A stretch of DNA of 64,000 nucleotides from Candidatus Hodarchaeota archaeon (GTDB lineage Archaea > Asgardarchaeota > Heimdallarchaeia > Hodarchaeales > Hodarchaeaceae): the NCBI GenBank assembly GCA_016840035.1, contig JAEOTC010000121.1, positions 69,591 to 133,590 of the forward strand. The letters run 5' to 3'. The position numbers were made by a program, and so were the translations under genes. Below, one piece after another: positions 57,701 to 64,000 of the stretch. Every line of letters begins with the position of its first letter. Positions within the stretch are counted from its first letter, which is position 1. The notes under the pieces were generated by a model. That model worked only from the letters and a program-made list of their open reading frames with translations. It had not been told where the DNA came from and made no database searches.

Positions 57701-60436
57701 AAAAGTCCAAATTTGATCTTTTGAAGTAAAGGAATTTGGTACAGTTGTATGATTTTCTAAAGAAAAAACAGTTGCTACGCCATCATGCCATACAATTTTG
57801 TAATCAATAATGGGATCTCCATCAATGTCTTCTCCTTCAAAAGAAGCAATCAAATCATTTGAAGTGTATGCAATCTCTGGGTAGATGCCTGTTTCAGTTA
57901 TTAAAGGAGCTGTATTGGAAATTGTAATATTTTCACTTCGTGTCCAATTACCAAAATCAAAATCATCTCCAGGTCTCACCTCCGCGAACCATTCATCACC
58001 TTTGACAAGTTGAGCAGTTGATAAATTCTGTAATCCATCGAATTGAGATTGATAAACAGAATTTCGATACCATCGAAAAAGGGTTACTGATTCATTATCT
58101 CCATTTGGATCATAGAATGTGTAATCCACATACAAAGACCCTCCAACGACTGGATTACTGCTGGAAAGGTTGACATAAAGAGCTGATGGAGGATCATTCG
58201 GAGCAATTCCAATGCTAATGGTTGGGGAAGAGTACCATTCACTATAATCTGTTCCATCACTAATTCGATATTCCACTCGCCAAAGATCGTTGGGTGCAGT
58301 AATAGTATCTGCTAGTATATCAGAATCATTGTTATCTGTTCGCATCTCCCATTTTCCAGAAAAATAGTAATACCATCGAATCTCTAGTGATCCAGTATCA
58401 TTCGGATCTGAATCTGCATCATAATAAGAGAAATCTCCCACTAAATCTTCATCGTCCGCGACAGTATTAGGAGATGTAAAATTATTTAGCGATACAATCA
58501 GAGTAGGTGGTGTATTTTGGATAATTATCGCAGATACGTTCTTAAAAAGGCCATAATCTTCTCCATCACTAGGAGAAATACCAAATTTCCAGAGGTCATT
58601 CTTTTTTGTACGATTAGAAGGAATTATAGTTTCGTTTGTCAAATCCTCTTGAATAACATATCCTGTTCCATTATCAAGATACCAAATGATAATTGAATCA
58701 GATTCAAAATCACTAGAGTCATTATCATCCCAATCATAAGATATTGTTAAATCATTACCTGTTTTGGGAGCTATAGGAAAAATCTCTAGAGAAGAAATTG
58801 TAGGAGGGGAATTTGATACAGTGATATTGTTAGAATATGTAGTATTTCCATATTCTAATCCATCATAGGGCTGAATGCTAACTCGCCATACATCTCCTTT
58901 AAATAATGCTGATGAAACTAGCTGCAATTCATTATCATAAGCAGGAATACTAGCCCAGTTTGAATCAGAGACATTCCATTTCATCCAGCGGATCTCAGTT
59001 CCTCCCTCTGGATCTCCGTCTTGATCAAAATAATCATAATTTAGAGTTAAATTATCCCTAGTGTAAACAGGATCTGGAGAAAGTGTTATATTGTTAGCTT
59101 GTGGGATATTATTCTCACTGGAAGTAGAAAGCAACATAATATCGATATTCCAACTATCTTTGAAAAAATCGTTATCAGAATTAGTTGCTTTTATTCTTAT
59201 TGTGAATATAGGTGAATTTAAGTAGCTTAAAATACTGAAATTATTCCAAGAATTTGCTGATAAGGTAGGAATTACTGTTTCCCATGAGGCAGAAGAAGTC
59301 CACACATCTACCTTTAGAGTTTCACTCCCTAATGATCCCGTTAGAATAGAAAGATTTTCTTCAAGCTGTGTGTATTTGGCATCAGTCCACTGATATTCAA
59401 ACTGGGCGTCATAAGAAGTCCTTGCTTTTCGAATATTTACTCCAATCATCACCCATTCTTTGTTTATAGAACTCCATTCCATTGTAACTGAAGTATCCCC
59501 TGGTGAGGTACTACCTGCACCATAACGACCTGAACCCGTACCCATCTCTCCATTCCATCGTTCCGTCTGAGTTGAACCTGGGGAAGGAGAGCCGACTGCA
59601 AGAGTGTTCACTGAATCTTGTACTAAATCCCCAGGCCTAGAGCTAATAGTCACTGAAGTAGGGGAACCATATCCAGTTGACGTTACTGGTTGATCAAATG
59701 GATGGGTTTGGTTTACGCCAGTATATGACACAACTCCTACTCTGAAATCATCTAAAATTGCCAAATTTACTGATAGTTCATAGGTACCAACTGGTGGAGC
59801 AACCATACTCCAGATTTCGGCAGTAGGTCTGCCTTTGGTACTGTGGGTAACATATGTTTCATAGTTCAATTCATCACTATCGAAAGATACACTAGAAACT
59901 CTTTCTCCCTGATAGGTTTGGACAAAGACTAATAAAAATCGATTTGTTCCAGAAACCGTGTGATTAACAGTAACTGAATTAGAATCATTATTAAATGCGG
60001 TTGACACTGAATCAACTGTTACATTTAAGCTAGGTATAAGGTCTTCTTCAAGTGTCATAAATACTGAATCAGCTGAAGATCCTTGTGCATTTGAAAATCC
60101 AGTTTCAATTCCAATATCCGAGACCCCATCTACATTTGATAGGTTATTATCAACATCATCTTCATCTCCAGCCGCCATATCAAACCTTATAGGTATCTGT
60201 TGAAGATCTATATAAGAGTCATTAGTCCTTTCAGAGGTTGGATTACTTTTTGTTGTCATCGGCTGTTGATTGTGATCAGGATATGCTGGAAGAATATTCA
60301 ATTCCTCTCCTCGTAAGTGAGGAACGGAGCTCTTAGTTTCTTCGTCTGATAATTGGGGAATATGGATAAATACCGACCCTAGATTCAAAAGAAATATTGT
60401 TAAAATTAAAATTGGTAGGATTCGTCTAGTGTTCAT
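54713..60436 (-). CDS. Giant type-I membrane protein: signal peptide, NxxP/DxDGD Ig-like repeat ectodomain, one TM helix, cytoplasmic longin-like domain
   Basis: N-terminal signal; about 9 NxxP...DxDGD...W repeats; TM followed by RQRQEKK; homologous cytoplasmic tail. Confidence 0.85.
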   Translation of the reverse strand: MNTRRILPILILTIFLLNLGSVFIHIPQLSDEETKSSVPHLRGEELNILPAYPDHNQQPMTTKSNPTSERTNDSYIDLQQIPIRFDMAAGDEDDVDNNLSNVDGVSDIGIETGFSNAQGSSADSVFMTLEEDLIPSLNVTVDSVSTAFNNDSNSVTVNHTVSGTNRFLLVFVQTYQGERVSSVSFDSDELNYETYVTHSTKGRPTAEIWSMVAPPVGTYELSVNLAILDDFRVGVVSYTGVNQTHPFDQPVTSTGYGSPTSVTISSRPGDLVQDSVNTLAVGSPSPGSTQTERWNGEMGTGSGRYGAGSTSPGDTSVTMEWSSINKEWVMIGVNIRKARTSYDAQFEYQWTDAKYTQLEENLSILTGSLGSETLKVDVWTSSASWETVIPTLSANSWNNFSILSYLNSPIFTIRIKATNSDNDFFKDSWNIDIMLLSTSSENNIPQANNITLSPDPVYTRDNLTLNYDYFDQDGDPEGGTEIRWMKWNVSDSNWASIPAYDNELQLVSSALFKGDVWRVSIQPYDGLEYGNTTYSNNITVSNSPPTISSLEIFPIAPKTGNDLTISYDWDDNDSSDFESDSIIIWYLDNGTGYVIQEDLTNETIIPSNRTKKNDLWKFGISPSDGEDYGLFKNVSAIIIQNTPPTLIVSLNNFTSPNTVADDEDLVGDFSYYDADSDPNDTGSLEIRWYYYFSGKWEMRTDNNDSDILADTITAPNDLWRVEYRISDGTDYSEWYSSPTISIGIAPNDPPSALYVNLSSSNPVVGGSLYVDYTFYDPNGDNESVTLFRWYRNSVYQSQFDGLQNLSTAQLVKGDEWFAEVRPGDDFDFGNWTRSENITISNTAPLITETGIYPEIAYTSNDLIASFEGEDIDGDPIIDYKIVWHDGVATVFSLENHTTVPNSFTSKDQIWTFQVWLYDGSDWSLPISLQPGLSISNSIPSIENVTITGGINTSTDVIISYDFVDIDGDSESVQTQISWRIFHIDHFILNPPTTVTLPSSWITAGDLITCTITPHDGDGYGLAVDSSLFPNGFIVVGNSAPYLIGNPNIFNPQGGPNFTASAFLKVNYTATDPDQGENPSYEIELDSNGYVIGSNYRWYRNNQLIFSGPDWIVVDPQYLTKGDIWIVSVQPRDGWRTFGAWVNSSEIEILNTRPEVRSYGYTNGSFGLELINSTFRSVNLFLHYDIYDIDSDGILDIEILWYFATDGNYSLRADLGNSTQEIGSEFLLRDQSWYATLRVFDGSEWSNLVILSYLNITNTPPTIYNSQFMFDNSSTFIIPNERIDEFYAENEDINLTYGFFDADFDSDFTKIQWIKIFPNSSWIEMLEFENQTIIPYTATETEEIWYAILTPSDGNDTGTEFITSQIKILSKPIISYASESIDLTMDCRYNITAIVSDISSSNTLVVRYDFILPNGTSFMLNTTRQTGNKWYLRFEGIALLDLDIQVIIYATTSHEFGQRVFHIMCSANFNFTVEDKVPPRVLYTIPVKNHPTNPTNITIYAYVEERVSQITEIILTYTITNKSSVGIGSILTSQTLIMEFVNKTGFVSLYIAVIIHEFTTDSNLTYSVGTEDSLGNKNNAVYSDIFEVEIEEEVIFTGIPPELMVIFVSLIVAAFLTFSGGLLLYRQRQEKKASVLKATEEKLSFLTDTYTILVTSAAGVPIWNQSNILYQADESLTGTLSGLSVGIDAFLESFQADFMSQMSDINLSRDHPEAETSYRLSVIEQNQIQIMILGSVSYRIFVFLKEVPSSFLRNTFLKVIKDIQQNLALYDTGVINEDLLGPNIRRILRKYLPIGLLSPFKIDLERLEYFDSIVKQKDTDSLISKPALNVLKFLVVTSLTPPTTSSTKQALLRLYPQTIANYPQSYSGIFLYSDVMRILEQVGGFPLKDVSEALWMGIDDRVNILVPF

Positions 60437-60630
60437 CCCAGATCTTCTTCCTCAGTCTCTGAAAAGCAACAAAATTTCAAAATAAATTGTTTCTTATTAC
60501 GAAATTCAGAGGATTATAGTACTTTGTCTAAGGATTTGTATCTTAAAAGAATTCTTAAACTAGGAAAATATGCTTATGATATCTATACCAAATTTATTGT
60601 ACAGCTATCTCACTAGGATCTTTCTATCAT

Positions 60631-60843
60631 CTATCTTGACACAAATTCGGGACACGCAAGTTCATCTTTCAACATAATAGCGAAATTATTATGGAGGATA
60701 AGGAGTCGACATAAACCCATGTCTTTTTTTGCTATCTCCCCACTAACATGAATTGGGGCCTTTACAGTCAAATAAGCACACTCTCCACACGTTTTTCCCT
60801 TATACGAAAATTCATTGTCTTTCATAAGTCCAATCACCAGCAA
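60631..60843 (-). CDS. Small Cys-rich hypothetical protein
   Basis: CGECAY...GLCR...ACPEF four-Cys pattern; start probably MKDNE. Confidence 0.6.
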   Translation of the reverse strand: MLVIGLMKDNEFSYKGKTCGECAYLTVKAPIHVSGEIAKKDMGLCRLLILHNNFAIMLKDELACPEFVSR

Positions 60844-60979
60844 AAATTGACTATTAAATATTATTAAATCTTTCTAGTGAGGGAAGATAAACCTTAAAGT
60901 CAAACCCTACGGGCTTAGAAATACAGAATATCTCATTTATTCAGTTAAATTATTGCTTAAACCCGTGAGAGAATGATCA

Positions 60980-62128
60980 ATGTCTGATACACAGTTAAAT
61001 CTTAAACTTTTAGAAGAATTATGCAATGCTTTCGGGCCAAGTGGGCATGAACAGGAAGCACAACTAATAGCTCATGATTATGGGAAAAAATTCGCTACTG
61101 ACATAGAATTTGACCGTATGGGTAGTGTCATCTTCAAAAAAGTGGGCAAAGAAGATGGACCCAAAATTATGCTCGCAGGACATGTGGATGAAATTGGATT
61201 TGTCATTACAGGAATCGAGAAAAACGGATTCTTGACCTTTCATCAATTAGGTGGATGGCCAGATCAAAGTCTACTTGCACAGGAAGTATTGATCCGCCCA
61301 TTTAGTGGTGGGGAAAAAATCATTGGCATAATCGCAGCAAAACCTCCTCATGTTCTTTCTCCCAAGGAGAGAACACAAGTCGTCACAAAGGATAAAATGC
61401 ACATTGACATTGGTTGTTCATCTGTTAAAGAAGTAAAGGAATTAGGAATTCGCGTTGGTGATCCAGCAGTTCCTTATGCATTCTTCAGAACAATGAAACG
61501 CAAGAAAAAGATTGAAAAAGATGATTCTGATAATAAAGAACCAGTAGAAACCAGAACTACTACATTAGCAGCAGCAAAAGCATTCGATGATAGAATTGGT
61601 GTTTTTATTATTCTAGAGGTCCTTCGTAGATTATCCGAGGAGAATATTGAACATCCTAATACTGTTTATTGTGTTTCGACAACTCAAGAGGAAGTAGGTT
61701 TACGTGGAGCACGCACCTCAGCCCAAAAAATAATCCCTGATGTTGGTTTTGCTCTTGATGTCGATATTTCTGGCGATGTTCCAGGAACAAAAGGCCTCGT
61801 ACAAAAGATGGGTAAAGGAGTATGTATTTCTGCAGGTGACGGATCCATGATTCCTAATCCTCGATTACGAAAATTTGCCATTGAACTTGCAGAAGAAAAG
61901 AAGATACCCTATCAACCTGCTTTCCTTAAGATGGGAGGTACTGATGCTGGTGTGATTCATATTACAGGAATGGGAGCACCTTCTCTATTTTGTGGAACAG
62001 CTACCCGCCATATTCACTCCCACCATGGAATCCTAGACATAGAAGATGTTGAAGCCAGTGTTAATCTAATGGTAGAGATGATAAAGAAACTAGATTGGAC
62101 TACTGTAGAAAGCTTTACGAAATTATAG
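60980..62128 (+). CDS. M42 family aminopeptidase (TET-like)
   Basis: GPSGHE, GHVDEIG, AFDDRIG, QEEVGLRGA, GGTDAG, HIHS. Confidence 0.95.
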   Translation: MSDTQLNLKLLEELCNAFGPSGHEQEAQLIAHDYGKKFATDIEFDRMGSVIFKKVGKEDGPKIMLAGHVDEIGFVITGIEKNGFLTFHQLGGWPDQSLLAQEVLIRPFSGGEKIIGIIAAKPPHVLSPKERTQVVTKDKMHIDIGCSSVKEVKELGIRVGDPAVPYAFFRTMKRKKKIEKDDSDNKEPVETRTTTLAAAKAFDDRIGVFIILEVLRRLSEENIEHPNTVYCVSTTQEEVGLRGARTSAQKIIPDVGFALDVDISGDVPGTKGLVQKMGKGVCISAGDGSMIPNPRLRKFAIELAEEKKIPYQPAFLKMGGTDAGVIHITGMGAPSLFCGTATRHIHSHHGILDIEDVEASVNLMVEMIKKLDWTTVESFTKL

Positions 62129-62154
62129 ATGAAAACTACACCGTGGTTTTCCTC

Positions 62155-62643
62155 CTATCCTTTTTTTCCACTCATCTCAGTGATGGTGATTTTACCAATG
62201 TTGACTTTTCGTATTGCTTTTTCTTTTAGTTGATCCTTTTTCACGGATTCTCTCAATTTCTCTTGATCTTCCAGCTGTTCAATCATTAATGTAAGGGCCT
62301 GTTGTTTTTCTTCAAAATCAGAAAGAAATTCTACTTCTCCGGAAAATTGAACAGTAGAGTAATGATGATTACATTCACCATCTGCATATCCGTGATCAAC
62401 AAGTGCCTGTCCATATATTTTGTTATTAACCTTTAAATAATCTATTTTTTTTCCTTCTGAAGCACAGTGAAAGTAAACTACATTGTTAATACGATCATAA
62501 CCATGACTAATTGTTACTAAATATGGATCAGTTCCATTAGTTATTGCTAGGGTGACATATTTTACAGATTTGAGAATATCCTTTATTTCTGTTTCATCTG
62601 TGATAGCTTTTTCTTTCCTTCGAATTGCACGCATAAAAATCAC
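62155..62643 (-). CDS. Pyridoxamine 5'-phosphate oxidase-like (NimA-like) flavin-binding protein
   Basis: RRKEK, PYLV, YFHCASEGKK, YSTVQFSG, MSGK. Confidence 0.88.
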   Translation of the reverse strand: MIFMRAIRRKEKAITDETEIKDILKSVKYVTLAITNGTDPYLVTISHGYDRINNVVYFHCASEGKKIDYLKVNNKIYGQALVDHGYADGECNHHYSTVQFSGEVEFLSDFEEKQQALTLMIEQLEDQEKLRESVKKDQLKEKAIRKVNIGKITITEMSGKKG

Positions 62644-62729
62644 AAAGATTCAGTGATGCTATTGGCTTAATCGAGATTATTTTTATGCTATTCAGAAGGG
62701 ATTTATGCAATACTGTAGATTTAAAAAAC

Positions 62730-63566
62730 CTAGTTTGGCGGGCCTTCTCGGATTTTTTCTAAGACTGGATCCAAACTGGTTTCTTCCCACATGGACTCTA
62801 TCCACCATGTTGCACCTGCTTTTTCAAATGGTTTGATTATCTCTTGTGCTTGAGTCTTATCATTTATCGGCGTTGTTCCTTCAATTACAATATCAAAATT
62901 GTCTGCTATTTGACGTTTTTCTACTATGTACTTTTTTATTTCCCTAACATGCTCAGGTGTGATTTTTTCAAACTTTCCTTTTTTTAACATTATTGCAGGG
63001 AGAATTCCATCATATTTTAGGGCTCGTTTCATTGATTTTTCCCATGGCCAGGCTGCAACTACCCAGATTGGAACCCTTGGTTGTTGAATGAGTGAGGGTG
63101 GGGGATGTCGGTTAAAAAATGGTGATTCTCGAATCTGATAGTGGGTACCTTTATAGTTAAATTTTCCCTTCCACAATTGTGTAATGATTTCTAATCCCTC
63201 ATCCAAAAGTTCTGCTCGGATTTTTTTATCCGTTTCTTCTCCAAATTCTGCGAATCCTGTATCAATGGCTCCTAATGCCACTGAAAATACAACTCTTCCT
63301 TTAGAAATTAGATCTAAAGTGAGTATTTCACTAGCCACTTTCCACGGTTTCATTCGTGATAAAGGGGTTATCATTGTACCTAAACGAATTTTTTTTGTCT
63401 TACTAGCGATTGCAGTTAGCGTGATCCAAGCATCTACTCCATACAGGGATTCCCACACAAAGAAAGCATCCCATCCATTGTTTTCAGCTTCTTTTGCAAA
63501 TTCTATTGCTTTATGTACATCGCTTTTGGGGAAAACAAATCCATACTTCAATTTGGAAAACTCCAA
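62730..63566 (-). CDS. LLM-class flavin/F420-dependent oxidoreductase
   Basis: AENNGWDAFFVWE, IRLGTMITPL, TLDLISKGR, PIWVVA. Confidence 0.9.
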   Translation of the reverse strand: MEFSKLKYGFVFPKSDVHKAIEFAKEAENNGWDAFFVWESLYGVDAWITLTAIASKTKKIRLGTMITPLSRMKPWKVASEILTLDLISKGRVVFSVALGAIDTGFAEFGEETDKKIRAELLDEGLEIITQLWKGKFNYKGTHYQIRESPFFNRHPPPSLIQQPRVPIWVVAAWPWEKSMKRALKYDGILPAIMLKKGKFEKITPEHVREIKKYIVEKRQIADNFDIVIEGTTPINDKTQAQEIIKPFEKAGATWWIESMWEETSLDPVLEKIREGPPN

Positions 63567-63638
63567 TCTAATCCGATTTGTAAACTAATTGTAATATTTT
63601 TTTAACAGTTTTTCTTTCTCGAATCATGGGATATATTC

Positions 63639-64000
63639 ATGCCTAAAAAACCTAAAACGTTTGATTTACGCTCTGATACTGTCACCAAACCTACACCTGA
63701 TATGTGGGAAGCATTGAAACAATTAGATGATTCTCAACTAGGGGATGACGTTTATCAGGAAGACCCTACTGTAAATGAATTGGAAGCTAAAGCAGCAAAG
63801 ATGATGAATAAAGAATCGTCATTATTGGTGACTTCAGGAACACAAGGAAACTTAGTATCATTATTAAGTAATACCAATCCTGGAGAAGAAATCATCATAG
63901 AGCGTAAAAGTCATATTTTTCTCTATGAAGTTGGAAGTGCTGCTAGAATCGGAGGATTGACAACTAAAGCTTTTGAATCTTCAAGTGGAGTACCTAACAT
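63639..64000 (+). CDS. ltaE: Low-specificity L-threonine aldolase, partial (runs off the window)
   Basis: Manual translation: MPKKPKTFDLRSDTVTKP...GDDVYQEDPTVNELE...SGTQGNL. Confidence 0.92.
   Translation, partial: MPKKPKTFDLRSDTVTKPTPDMWEALKQLDDSQLGDDVYQEDPTVNELEAKAAKMMNKESSLLVTSGTQGNLVSLLSNTNPGEEIIIERKSHIFLYEVGSAARIGGLTTKAFESSSGVPN

Overview
AT-rich, gene-dense archaeal-type DNA, most likely from an Asgard archaeon (Heimdallarchaeia/Hodarchaeales-like). This is inferred from gene content, not from a marker gene: three Rab-like small GTPases, one atypical MglA-like GTPase, four proteins with longin/Roadblock-like domains and a single-OB-fold SSB. I saw no rRNA, tRNA, CRISPR array or transposase. 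Ordinary content includes an MBL hydrolase, an APH kinase, a PHP phosphatase, a heterodimeric ABC exporter, a DMT transporter, SurE, catalase with a Fur/PerR regulator, a ZIP transporter, an aldo/keto reductase, an M42 peptidase, an LLM oxidoreductase and a partial LtaE. The top candidate for a new system is 48133-60436 (minus strand). It holds two giant single-pass surface proteins with different Ig-like ectodomains but one shared cytoplasmic longin-like domain, followed directly by two Rab-like GTPases, which suggests a receptor-longin-Rab signalling cassette. The second candidate is 4208-8971, an operon of two large unknown proteins and a GTPase with a ~185-aa insertion between G4 and G5. 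Also notable: a T17 tract that frameshifts a possible signal peptide, a 7TM protein with a likely CTG start, an SSB with a TAF15/FUS-like RGG tail, and a PEPCK-like gene whose apparent N-terminus is cut off by two in-frame stops. All fold assignments are by eye; no searches were run.
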